Assembly (NCBI GenBank): GCA_023435335.1
Contig: JAEYRU010000246.1
Location: 1,310-65,309, forward strand
Direction of reading: 5' to 3'
DNA length: 64,000 nucleotides
From: Pseudomonadota bacterium
GTDB lineage: Bacteria; Pseudomonadota; Alphaproteobacteria; Rhizobiales; Rhizobiaceae
Shown here one piece after another: positions 10,199 to 19,197 of the stretch. The position numbers and the translations under genes were made by a program. How positions within the stretch are numbered: position 1 is the first letter of the stretch; the number at the start of each line of letters is the position of its first letter. Under the pieces are notes generated by a model. That model had not been told where the DNA came from and made no database searches. It worked only from the letters and a program-made list of their open reading frames with translations.

Positions 10199-11149
10199 GT
10201 GCTCGAGATCATCATCATTTCGACGCTGAACGGCGTTCTGTACGGCATGCTGCTGTTCATGATGGCCAGCGGCCTGACCGTCATCTTCTCCATGATGGGC
10301 GTTCTCAACCTCGCCCATGCCAGCTTCTACATGCTCGGCGCATTTTTCGGGTTCGAGATCAGCCGCCGCCTCGGTTTCTGGCCGGCGCTGCTGGTCGCTC
10401 CGGTGCTCGTCGGCCTGATAGGCATGGCCGTCGAGCGCTACGGGCTGCGGCGGGTGCACCAGCATGGTCACGTCGCCGAACTGCTCTTCACCTTCGGCCT
10501 CACCTTCGTCATCAAGGAGGTCGTGGAGATGATCTGGGGCAAGCTGCCGGCCGACTACCGGGTGCCGCCGTCGCTCGACTTCTCGGCGTTCACGCTGTTC
10601 GCCAGCAACTACCCCGCGTTCAAGCTGTTCGGGCTGCTGATCTCGGTCGGGATATTCCTCGCACTCCTGGCTGTGGTCCGCCACACCCGGGTCGGACTCA
10701 TCGTGCAGGCCGCACTCAGCCATCCGGGGATGGTCGGCATGCTCGGTCACAACGTCGATCGCATTTTCATGCTGGTCTTCGGCGTAGGCGTCGGGCTGGC
10801 GGCGGTCGCCGGCGTGATTGCAGGGCCGATCCTTGTAACGCAGTCGAACATGGCCGGGCTGCTGGGGCCGATCCTGTTCGTGGTGGTCGTGGTCGGGGGG
10901 CTCGGATCGCTCGGCGGGGCGCTTGCCGCGTCGCTGCTGATCGGCCTCGTCCAGACATTCGCGGTCGCCTTCAACGTCTCGCTCGCCGATCTCTTCGGCC
11001 AGACGTCGGCCGCCGCCGTGCTTTCGGTATGGCTGAGCGACGTCTGGCGGGTGACCGTGGCGCAGATCGCTCCGATCCTGCCCTATCTCCTGCTCGTCCT
11101 GATCCTGATCTTCCGACCGCGCGGCCTGATGGGGACCCGAGACACATGA
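10199..11149 (+). CDS. Liv-type ABC permease (LivH-like)
   Basis: ASGLTVIFSMMGVLNLAHASFYMLGA and VVVGGLGSLGGA motifs. Confidence 0.92.
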   Translation: MLEIIIISTLNGVLYGMLLFMMASGLTVIFSMMGVLNLAHASFYMLGAFFGFEISRRLGFWPALLVAPVLVGLIGMAVERYGLRRVHQHGHVAELLFTFGLTFVIKEVVEMIWGKLPADYRVPPSLDFSAFTLFASNYPAFKLFGLLISVGIFLALLAVVRHTRVGLIVQAALSHPGMVGMLGHNVDRIFMLVFGVGVGLAAVAGVIAGPILVTQSNMAGLLGPILFVVVVVGGLGSLGGALAASLLIGLVQTFAVAFNVSLADLFGQTSAAAVLSVWLSDVWRVTVAQIAPILPYLLLVLILIFRPRGLMGTRDT

Positions 11150-12435
11150 CAATCGCCGCCCCGAATTTGGACTACACGCGCAAGGGCCGATCCGGCCTCG
11201 TCGCCCGTTATGCGGTCTGGGTCGCGCTCGCCGCTGCCCTGCTGTTTCTGCCGCACATATTCAGCTCGCGGCTCGCGCTCTCCACGATGAGCCTCATGGG
11301 CACGATGATCGTCTTCGCGCTGTCCTACAACATGCTGCTCGGACAGACGGGGCTGCTTTCCTTCGGCCACGCAGTCTTCTTCGGCCTCGGCGGCTTCGTC
11401 ACCGTGCATGTGCTCAACATGGCGAGCGCCGGCGGATGGCCTGTCCCCCTGCCGCTCTACCCGCTGGTGGGGGGATTGGGCGGGCTGTTCTTCGGCGTGC
11501 TGTTCGGCTCGATCGCGACGAAGCGGGCCGGCACGGCTTTCGCGATGATCACCCTCGGCATCGGTGAACTCGTGGTATCCAGCGCGCTGATCCTGCGGCG
11601 CTTCTTCGGCGGCGAAGAAGGCATCACCACCGATCGCACGGATGTGATGAGCTTCTTCGGATACGGCTTCGGTCCTCAGATCCAGGTCTACTACCTGATA
11701 GCGGCTTGGTGTTTCATATCCATCGCGGCCATGTACGCGATCACATGCACCCCATTCGGCCGCATCAGCAACGCCGTCCGCGACAACCCGCAGCGCACCG
11801 CCTTCATCGGCTACGATACGAGCATGGTGCGCTTCATCGCGTTCAGCCTGTCCGGCCTATTTGCAGGCATCGCGGGTGGGCTCTCGGCGATCAACTTCGA
11901 GATCATCAACGCCGCGCAGATGGGCGCCGTCGAATCCGGCTCGGTGATCCTTATGACCTATATCGGGGGAGTGGGGAATTTCGCGGGGCCGATCATCGGC
12001 GCGATCCTGATCACGTGGCTGCAGCTCATGCTGAGCGACGCAACCCAGATATGGCCGCTCTATGTCGGGCTGCTGTTCATCGGCATGGTGATGTTCGCGC
12101 CGGGCGGCATCGCCGGCCTGATCGCCAAGCAGCAGCCATTGATCGCCGCCGGCTCGCTGCACCGCGTGATCCCGTACTACCTGCTCGCACTGGCGACGGG
12201 AGCGGTCGCGGTCGCCGGTATCAGCATCCTCATAGAGACAAGTCATCAGTTCTCGATGCGGGCCGCCTACGGCCCCGAGCTTACGCTCTACTATATGCGG
12301 TTCAGCGCCGTGTCGCCTGCACCCTGGCTCACGGGCGTGGCGCTGGCAGTTGCCGGCGGCTGGCTCTTCCTGCGTGCATCGCGGCTCGCCCGCGCTGCCT
12401 ATGACGAGGCACTAGCCCGCGGGAGGTCGGCATGA
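11146..12435 (+). CDS. Liv-type ABC permease (LivM-like)
   Basis: LSYNMLLGQTGLLSFGHA, AFAMITL and AVRDNPQR motifs; ATGA overlap with the upstream stop (ORF track over-extends to 10156). Confidence 0.92.
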   Translation: MTIAAPNLDYTRKGRSGLVARYAVWVALAAALLFLPHIFSSRLALSTMSLMGTMIVFALSYNMLLGQTGLLSFGHAVFFGLGGFVTVHVLNMASAGGWPVPLPLYPLVGGLGGLFFGVLFGSIATKRAGTAFAMITLGIGELVVSSALILRRFFGGEEGITTDRTDVMSFFGYGFGPQIQVYYLIAAWCFISIAAMYAITCTPFGRISNAVRDNPQRTAFIGYDTSMVRFIAFSLSGLFAGIAGGLSAINFEIINAAQMGAVESGSVILMTYIGGVGNFAGPIIGAILITWLQLMLSDATQIWPLYVGLLFIGMVMFAPGGIAGLIAKQQPLIAAGSLHRVIPYYLLALATGAVAVAGISILIETSHQFSMRAAYGPELTLYYMRFSAVSPAPWLTGVALAVAGGWLFLRASRLARAAYDEALARGRSA

Positions 12436-13196
12436 ACGGCTTCCCCGACGCCCCGGTGCTCGAGCTCGCCGGACTGCGCAAGAGCTTCGGGCGTATGGAG
12501 ATCATCCGCGGCGTCGACCTCGCTGTGCGGGACGGCGAGCGGCACGCGATAATCGGACCCAACGGCGCCGGCAAGTCGACGTTGTTTCACCTGATCAGCG
12601 GGCATTTGCAGCCCAGCTCCGGCTCCATACGCCTGCGCGGCGAGAGCATCGCGGGCATGGCGCCGCAGCTCATCAACCGGCGCGGACTGTCGCGCAGCTT
12701 CCAGGTGACGAACATCTTTCCACGGCTGAGCGTATGGGAGAATGTGCGCTGCGCCACGCTCTGGGCGCTGGGATACCGATACTCCTTCTGGCGCGATGTT
12801 GAGCGTCTCGACGATGTGCGACAGCGCGCCGAGGAGATCCTGAGAGAGATCGACCTGCTCGACCGCTGGCGGACGCCCGCGGGCGTCCTGACCTATGGTG
12901 AGCAACGCGCGCTTGAGATAGGCCTCACGATAGCAGGCAACGCCAACGTGCTGCTGCTCGATGAGCCGACCGCCGGGATGAGCCACGCCGAGACCGAACG
13001 CGTCGTGGCGCTGATCCGCAAGGTCAGCGAGAAACGAACCCTGCTGATGATCGAACACGACATGCGGGTGGTTTTCGACCTTGCCGACCGCATCTCGGTT
13101 CTCGTCTACGGGCAGGTCATCGCCTCCGACACGCCGGCGCGCATCAAGGCGAATTCCGCCGTGCAGCAAGCCTATCTGGGGACGGAGGCAGCCTGA
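12432..13196 (+). CDS. Liv-type ABC ATPase (LivG-like)
   Basis: GPNGAGKST, RSFQ, LTYGEQR, LLLDEPTAGM and IEHDM motifs. Confidence 0.94.
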   Translation: MNGFPDAPVLELAGLRKSFGRMEIIRGVDLAVRDGERHAIIGPNGAGKSTLFHLISGHLQPSSGSIRLRGESIAGMAPQLINRRGLSRSFQVTNIFPRLSVWENVRCATLWALGYRYSFWRDVERLDDVRQRAEEILREIDLLDRWRTPAGVLTYGEQRALEIGLTIAGNANVLLLDEPTAGMSHAETERVVALIRKVSEKRTLLMIEHDMRVVFDLADRISVLVYGQVIASDTPARIKANSAVQQAYLGTEAA

Positions 13197-13891
13197 TGCT
13201 CCGGGTACGGGACCTGCACGCCTATTACGGCAAGAGTCACATCCTCCAGGGCGTCGACGTGGATGTCGGCGAGAACGAGATTGTCAGCATTCTCGGGCGC
13301 AACGGCGTAGGTCGCTCGACAACGCTCAAGGCGATCATGGGCGACCCGCAGCCGACCGGAGAGATCACCTTCCGCGGCGCCCCGGTTGCCGGCCGGAAGC
13401 CCCACGAGATCGCCCATATGGGGCTGGGCTTCGTGCCGGAAGAGCGTGCCATCTTCCCCACGCTCACGGTGGAACAGAACCTGCTGCTGGGCATCAAGAG
13501 CCGCCAGACAGGCGGGCGCTGGGGTCTGGACGAGACCTGGCAGCTTTTCCCGCAACTCAAGGAGCGGGCCGACGCGCCAGGCGGCGCCCTGTCCGGCGGC
13601 GAGCAGCAGATGCTGACCATCTGCCGGACGCTCATGGGCAACCCCGACCTGATCATGATCGACGAACCCACGGAGGGTCTTGCCCCGCAGATGGTGGAGC
13701 GGGTCGGCGAACTGCTGCAGGAGATCGCGCGCCGCGGCATCTCCATCCTGCTGGTGGAACAGCGCCTGGTGATCGCCATGCGCATCTCCCACCGGGTGTA
13801 CGTCATGGGCCACGGGCGGATCGTCTTCGAAGGCACCCCTGCGGAACTGCTCGCCAACGAGGCGGTCCGGCGCGAGTGGTTGGAAGTGTAG
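13196..13891 (+). CDS. Liv-type ABC ATPase (LivF-like)
   Basis: GRNGVGRST, LSGGEQQML, DEPTEGLAP and LLVEQ motifs. Confidence 0.94.
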   Translation: MLRVRDLHAYYGKSHILQGVDVDVGENEIVSILGRNGVGRSTTLKAIMGDPQPTGEITFRGAPVAGRKPHEIAHMGLGFVPEERAIFPTLTVEQNLLLGIKSRQTGGRWGLDETWQLFPQLKERADAPGGALSGGEQQMLTICRTLMGNPDLIMIDEPTEGLAPQMVERVGELLQEIARRGISILLVEQRLVIAMRISHRVYVMGHGRIVFEGTPAELLANEAVRREWLEV

Positions 13892-13898
13892 GCATGCC

Positions 13899-14930
13899 AT
13901 GACCACGACACAGGGCGTCGCGCAAACGGGTCGGGCAGGGCGGATGTGGACGCGGGGCGGGGGCACCAACATGCTGACGCGGGTTGTCGCACTGGCCGCG
14001 CTGGTGCTCGCCGTGGTGTTTTCGCTGGCCATTGACGGCTTCGCCACATGGGGCAACTTGCGGGTGGTCCTGTCGAACTCCGCGTCCCTCGCCATCCTCA
14101 GCTGCGGCATGGCGGTGGTCATCATCTCGCGGGGACTGGATCTGTCCCTCATTGCCCAGATGATCGTGGGCGCCACCATATTCGGCATCCTGATCAGCTC
14201 GGGGGTAAGCGCCCCGCTGGCGCTGCTCGTAGCTGTCGCGGCCATGGTCGTGACCGGTCTGCTGAACGCCTGGCTGATCGCCTATGTCGAGATTCCGGCG
14301 ATGCTCGCCACGCTTGCATCGTCCATGTTCATGGTGGGGCTGATGCGGTTCGCCATCCTGCGCGGCGAATATCTGCTGCTGTTGCCCAAGTCGAACACCA
14401 CCGTGGCGTTTCTCGCAGGGAACATCGGTCCCGGATTGTCTGTACCTGTGCTGCTGATGACGGCGACGCTGGCGGCGACCTGGTTCCTGCTCAGCCGCAC
14501 GACCGCCGGGCGCGTCATCTACGCGATGGGCGACAATTTCCAGGCGGCGCGGCTCTCCGGGCTGCCGGTGCGGACGACCACGATCGTGGTCTATGTTTTC
14601 GCCGCGGTCACCGCCCTGGTGGCGGGACTGATCATGGCGGCGGCCAGCGGCGCGGTCGATTTCCGCACGGTCACCAACGGCACTCTGCTCTTCGACGTCA
14701 TCCTCATCGTCGTGCTGGGCGGCATCCCGCTGCGCGGCGGGCGCGGCGGCGTGCTCAACATTCTCGTCGGCGTGGCGCTGATCGCGATCCTGCGCAACGG
14801 CATGACGCTGATGAACTTCACGACGCAGACGCAGGACATGCTCAAGGGGCTGGTCCTGCTCACAGCGATCGTCACCGACAATTACCTCAATCCCAGGGAC
14901 GCGGAAACGGACACCGTAGGCGATCTCTGA
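13899..14930 (+). CDS. Monosaccharide (CUT2, RbsC-like) ABC permease
   Basis: ISRGLDLS, IPAMLATL, GRVIYAMGDN..AARLSG and VVLGG motifs. Confidence 0.9.
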   Translation: MTTTQGVAQTGRAGRMWTRGGGTNMLTRVVALAALVLAVVFSLAIDGFATWGNLRVVLSNSASLAILSCGMAVVIISRGLDLSLIAQMIVGATIFGILISSGVSAPLALLVAVAAMVVTGLLNAWLIAYVEIPAMLATLASSMFMVGLMRFAILRGEYLLLLPKSNTTVAFLAGNIGPGLSVPVLLMTATLAATWFLLSRTTAGRVIYAMGDNFQAARLSGLPVRTTTIVVYVFAAVTALVAGLIMAAASGAVDFRTVTNGTLLFDVILIVVLGGIPLRGGRGGVLNILVGVALIAILRNGMTLMNFTTQTQDMLKGLVLLTAIVTDNYLNPRDAETDTVGDL

Positions 14931-14958
14931 CGATGCAGTGGCAACTTAGGAGGAAAGC

Positions 14959-15948
14959 ATGTTCTACGAAATGGCAGGTACTTTGAGGAAAGCCGTCGCG
15001 GGCGCGATCATCGGGTCCTGCGTTCTGGCGGGAGCCGCCGGAGGGGCGCAGGCGGAAAGCAACATCGCCGGCAAGAAGGTGATCTTCGTGCCGATCTCCA
15101 TGGGGATTTCCCTCACCGAGGGGTGGGCACGGCGCATGCGCGAGCACGCCGACATCTATGGCTATTCGTTCGACGTCCGCGACGCGGCCTTCAATACGGG
15201 TGTCATGTCCGAACTGCTCGCCAAGGCCATCAGCGACAAGCCTGACGTGCTCGTGGTTCACAATCCGACCGTGCAGCTGCTCGCCCGCCAGATCCGACAG
15301 GCGGAAGCAGAAGGTATCAAGGTCCTGCAGATCAACCTCCAGTCCAACCAGCCCTCGACGGCGTTCGTGGGCGCCAACTGGGAGCGTATCGGCCGCGAGA
15401 TCGCGGAGGATATCGTGAAGGAATGCGGGGCGGGATCCGGCAAGTCGGGCAAGGTGGCGATCATTCCGGGGCAGCTTACCGCCGCCGACAGCGTCATGAT
15501 GAACGATGCCGCGTTCAAGGTGTTCGAGGCGCACAAGGAGATCGAGGTCGTCTCCAACCAGGCCTCCGACTGGGAGCCCGAGAAGGCTCGCCAGATCACA
15601 GCGACCGTGCTTCAGCAGCATCCCGACCTCTGCGCCATCTTCGGCCACTGGGACGTGCACACGATGGGCGCCGGCAATGCCGTGAAGGACGCGGGCAAGG
15701 CTGACGACGTACTGGTGTATTCGACGGGCGGCGGCGACGACGTGGCCTGCAAGGCCATCGAGGACGGCGTCCAGGATCGCATCTGGAGCTACGACGCCGA
15801 CGGTCAGGGCCGGGACGCCGGAACCATGATCGACCTTCTGCTTCAGGGCGCGGCGGCAGCCGACGGATCAATGCTCATCGTTGAATCCCCGATGAAGATC
15901 ATCACGGCGGGCGACGGATACGACGCGTCGCTCTGCTGGAAGATGTAG
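14959..15948 (+). CDS. Sugar ABC substrate-binding protein (RbsB/Peripla_BP_4-like)
   Basis: Signal peptide AQA-ES; KPDVLVV, AFVGAN, ASDWEPEKA and QQHPDLCAIF motifs; RBS AGGAGG. Confidence 0.9.
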   Translation: MFYEMAGTLRKAVAGAIIGSCVLAGAAGGAQAESNIAGKKVIFVPISMGISLTEGWARRMREHADIYGYSFDVRDAAFNTGVMSELLAKAISDKPDVLVVHNPTVQLLARQIRQAEAEGIKVLQINLQSNQPSTAFVGANWERIGREIAEDIVKECGAGSGKSGKVAIIPGQLTAADSVMMNDAAFKVFEAHKEIEVVSNQASDWEPEKARQITATVLQQHPDLCAIFGHWDVHTMGAGNAVKDAGKADDVLVYSTGGGDDVACKAIEDGVQDRIWSYDADGQGRDAGTMIDLLLQGAAAADGSMLIVESPMKIITAGDGYDASLCWKM

Positions 15949-15976
15949 GACCGGCTCGACCGCACGCCGGACTTTC

Positions 15977-16000
15977 GGCGGGGCTCCCCGGAGCCCCGCC
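15977..16000 (+). terminator. Intercistronic hairpin after the sugar SBP gene
   Basis: Perfect 10-bp stem GGCGGGGCTC-CCCG-GAGCCCCGCC; no long U-tract. Confidence 0.55.
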
Positions 16001-16024
16001 TGTTCGTACCAGTGGAACGCCCAG

Positions 16025-18157
16025 ATGGCCGCCGATTTCGATATTTCCAGCCTGCCAAGGCAACCCGTGCCGCGGGTCGTCGTCTCGCCGCGCCGCATCG
16101 TCTCCGACGTGCTTTCCAAAGGCTGGATCGAGAGCCTGATCCCGTTCGTTGCCCTGGTCTGCGTGGTGGGCGGGATCCTGATCTCCATCGACGGCTACTT
16201 CGCGGCTTCAAATCTGCGCAACCTGGCGCAGTATGCGAGCGACGGGGGCCTGGTCGTACTTGCGCTGCTGATCGTGGTCGCTGTCGGCGGCATCGACCTC
16301 TCGGTTGGCTCCAACTTCGCGATGTCCGCCTTCGTGGCGCTTTTCTGCTTCCATATCCTGGAGCTGCCGGTGCCCGCCGTGCTGGTACTGACGCTCGCGG
16401 CCGGGGCGGGAATCGGCATAGTTAACGGCACGATTGCCGGCCTGCTGGGGTGCGGCGCTTTGCTGACCACGCTCGGCACGATGATCACCGCACGCGGCCT
16501 CTACACGCTCGCCTCGCAATCGCGGCTGGTCGAGATATCGAGTTCAGCGCGGCTGGACGATCTGTGGGACTGGATCGGCTTCGAGAAGGTGCTGACGCTT
16601 CCGGTAGGGTTCTGGGCCCTGGTCGTTGTCGCAGCGCTGGTGCTAGTGATGTTCCGGCAGACGAGGTTCGGCTGGCATATCCTGGCGGTCGGAGGTAACC
16701 GCAAGGCCGCCCGCCATGGCGGCATTCGCGTGCGCTCCACCATCTTCCTGGCCTATACGCTGGCCGGCCTGATCGTGGGCTTCGCCGGTTTCCTCTTCGC
16801 CGCCCGGCAGAACAGTGTCGGTTCCGATACCGGCATCGGAATGGAGTTCTTCGTGCTGACGGCGCTGGTGGTCGGGCTCGGCGGCTTTGTGCCGGGCCGC
16901 GGCGTCGTGGTCTCGGTGCTCATCGGCTTCGCGACCATCTACCTGCTGAACAACGCCATGATCAACGCGGGCTTCCGCGGCGACTTCGTCCAACTCTCGA
17001 TGGGCGCCATCATCATCCTTATTCTGGCGATGGACGTGAAGTTCCGGAAGAACCGCCATCGGCTGCTGGCGTCGACATATCTCGATCCGGTGGCGTTCGA
17101 CGCCGGTCCCGTCCGCGGCATGCACGGGCTGATGCCCGACGAGATCGCGCCGAAACTGAGGGGCGCCGACATACTGGTAGCGGGGCAGATCGATGGTCCC
17201 GAGGACGTGCTCCTCGACGCGCAGGGGAACATCTATTGCGGCAGCCGCGACGGCTATATCTACCGCATCGCCGCGCCCGATCATGCGAAGGCGCAGGTGC
17301 TGGTCAAGGTCGGCGGGCGCCCGCTGGGCCTCGCTTTCGACCGCGAGGGGCGCATCGTCACCTGCGTGGCCGGCATGGGACTGGTCCGCGTCAGCATGGA
17401 CGGCAAGGTCGAACTGCTGACCGACCAGACCGAGCGCAGCCTTTTCAGCGTGCAGGACGACACCCCGATCCGCATGGCCGACGACCTGGACATCGCAGCG
17501 GATGGCAAAATCTACTTCACCGACGCAACCAAGCGCTATGACATCGAGAACTGGGGCCTGGACCTGCTTGAGGGGCGGCCCAACGGCCGATTGCTCTCGT
17601 TCGATCCGGCTACCGGAAAGACGCGCACCGTTTGCGACAATCTGCGTTTCCCGAACGGGGTCTGCCTAACGCACGACGGGAGGCACCTGCTGGTCGCGAG
17701 CACCTGGGAGTGCTCGATCCTGATATTTGACCTGGAAAGGCTTTCCGACGGGCCGCGGGTATTCCTCTCCGGGCTTCCGGGCTATCCCGACAATGTGAAC
17801 CGCGCATCGGACGGGGGCTATTGGGTGGCGCTGGCCGGCATGCGCAATCCCGTGTTCGATCAGGCGATGCGCCATCCCGGCCTGCGCCGGCGTATGACAA
17901 AGAAGGTTCCCCCGACCAATTGGCTCTTCGGCAATCTGAACATCGGCGGCGTGCTCAAGATCGACGGCAGCGGTAAGATCGTGGATGCCCTGTGGGATGC
18001 GCCGGACGGTCCGCTCTACATGATCACGTCCATGCGGGAGCACGAGGGCTGGCTTTATCTGGGCGGGGTCACCAACGACAAGATCGGCCGGCTACGGCTG
18101 GAGGGCGCTGACCGAAGCTGGCGCGGGCCGGAAAGCTATTGGGGGAGAACGGAATGA
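16025..18157 (+). CDS. Fusion of an RbsC-like ABC permease (N-half) and a strictosidine-synthase-like/SMP-30 beta-propeller hydrolase (C-half)
   Basis: GGIDLSVG and FGWHILAVGGN..AA permease motifs, then GPED, GGRPLG, MADDLD, IYFTDAT, FPNG and LPGYPDN SSL motifs, all in one uninterrupted 710-aa frame. Confidence 0.9.
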   Translation: MAADFDISSLPRQPVPRVVVSPRRIVSDVLSKGWIESLIPFVALVCVVGGILISIDGYFAASNLRNLAQYASDGGLVVLALLIVVAVGGIDLSVGSNFAMSAFVALFCFHILELPVPAVLVLTLAAGAGIGIVNGTIAGLLGCGALLTTLGTMITARGLYTLASQSRLVEISSSARLDDLWDWIGFEKVLTLPVGFWALVVVAALVLVMFRQTRFGWHILAVGGNRKAARHGGIRVRSTIFLAYTLAGLIVGFAGFLFAARQNSVGSDTGIGMEFFVLTALVVGLGGFVPGRGVVVSVLIGFATIYLLNNAMINAGFRGDFVQLSMGAIIILILAMDVKFRKNRHRLLASTYLDPVAFDAGPVRGMHGLMPDEIAPKLRGADILVAGQIDGPEDVLLDAQGNIYCGSRDGYIYRIAAPDHAKAQVLVKVGGRPLGLAFDREGRIVTCVAGMGLVRVSMDGKVELLTDQTERSLFSVQDDTPIRMADDLDIAADGKIYFTDATKRYDIENWGLDLLEGRPNGRLLSFDPATGKTRTVCDNLRFPNGVCLTHDGRHLLVASTWECSILIFDLERLSDGPRVFLSGLPGYPDNVNRASDGGYWVALAGMRNPVFDQAMRHPGLRRRMTKKVPPTNWLFGNLNIGGVLKIDGSGKIVDALWDAPDGPLYMITSMREHEGWLYLGGVTNDKIGRLRLEGADRSWRGPESYWGRTE

Positions 18158-19197
18158 TACCGTTCCTCAGCTCACGCCGGCTGGCCAGGCCGGCCATGAC
18201 GCTGGAAGGCGTGCTGGGCCCCAACAGCCGGCTAGACGAGGCCGCAGGCATGCCGGTGGATGGGCCGGACGCGCTCGCCGTGGCAACCGATGGGCGGCTG
18301 CTCTTCAGTGCCGGAAGCCGGGTGCTGGTGCTCTCCGCGTGGGGAGGCGAGGCCTTCCCATGGGCCACATTAGACGCCGCTGTCACCGCCTTGTGCACCA
18401 GCGCCGCCGGTCTCGTTGCAGTTGGCCTGGAAGGCGGGCGCATCTCGGTGCTGGACGGCTCGGCGCGCCGGCTCGACGGCTGGTCGCTGCCGGCGGGACG
18501 AGCGCGCTCCGTGGTCGATTGCGTCTTCCGCTCGGAGGACGAACTCCTGCTTCTGGATTGCGGCTACGGGGCGGAGGAGAACGTGCTGGCGATCGCTCCG
18601 TGGGACGACGAGGCGCGCGGGCAGTTGCTCGCGCTGCGCCGGTCTGGAGTCGCCGAAGTGGTTGCTTCCGGCCTTCACTGCCCGCTGGGCGTCTGCCTCG
18701 ACGCAGAAGGCGAGACGCTCGTTTCGCTGATGGAGCGTGCCAGCATCGTCGACGCCACGGGGCGGATGCTGCAGGGTGGCTATCCGGGATACATCGGACG
18801 CCTGCGCGCCGCCCCCACCGGGTTCGTCCTGGCCTGTCCGGGACGACGTGACCCGTTGATCGATTTCCTGAAGACTGAGCGGCGCTTCGTCGAAGAGATG
18901 AAGGCGAAGATCGCGCCGCACTTCTGGATCGCGCCGCGCGCAAACCCGGAGTTCAGCCACGATTTCCCGATCGAACTAGGCGCTACGCGGCTGTTCGGCG
19001 ACGTGAAACCGTGGGCCCCGTCCTTCTCCTACGGCCTGCTTATCGAAGCGGCATCGAACCTGATGCCGACAGGTTCCTGGCAGTCGCGAGCCGACGGCCG
19101 CCGGCATGCGATCTGCGATGCCGCGCTCTGGAACGGCGAACTGATCGCGGTGAGCAAGGGGAGCGGTGAAATACTGAACCTTGGAGCAGTAGCATGA
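18154..19197 (+). CDS. Degenerate strictosidine-synthase-like beta-propeller protein of unknown function
   Basis: GVLGPNSRLDEA..GPDAL, GLHCPLG and YPGY echo the SSL blades of the upstream gene; ATGA overlaps on both sides. Confidence 0.7.
   Translation: MIPFLSSRRLARPAMTLEGVLGPNSRLDEAAGMPVDGPDALAVATDGRLLFSAGSRVLVLSAWGGEAFPWATLDAAVTALCTSAAGLVAVGLEGGRISVLDGSARRLDGWSLPAGRARSVVDCVFRSEDELLLLDCGYGAEENVLAIAPWDDEARGQLLALRRSGVAEVVASGLHCPLGVCLDAEGETLVSLMERASIVDATGRMLQGGYPGYIGRLRAAPTGFVLACPGRRDPLIDFLKTERRFVEEMKAKIAPHFWIAPRANPEFSHDFPIELGATRLFGDVKPWAPSFSYGLLIEAASNLMPTGSWQSRADGRRHAICDAALWNGELIAVSKGSGEILNLGAVA

Noticed and set aside
10156..11145. N-terminal extension making a 759-aa LivM
   Set aside because: Arg-rich alternative-frame read of the LivH gene; the real start is the ATGA overlap at 11146
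13196..13891. Walker A GRNGVGRST (Lys to Arg) as a dead ATPase
   Set aside because: I recall this variant in LivF-like proteins of this transporter subgroup, and all other motifs are intact
16025..18157. Strictosidine synthase / alkaloid biosynthesis
   Set aside because: Retains the metal-ligand pattern of hydrolytic SSL proteins and sits in an import operon with no biosynthetic genes
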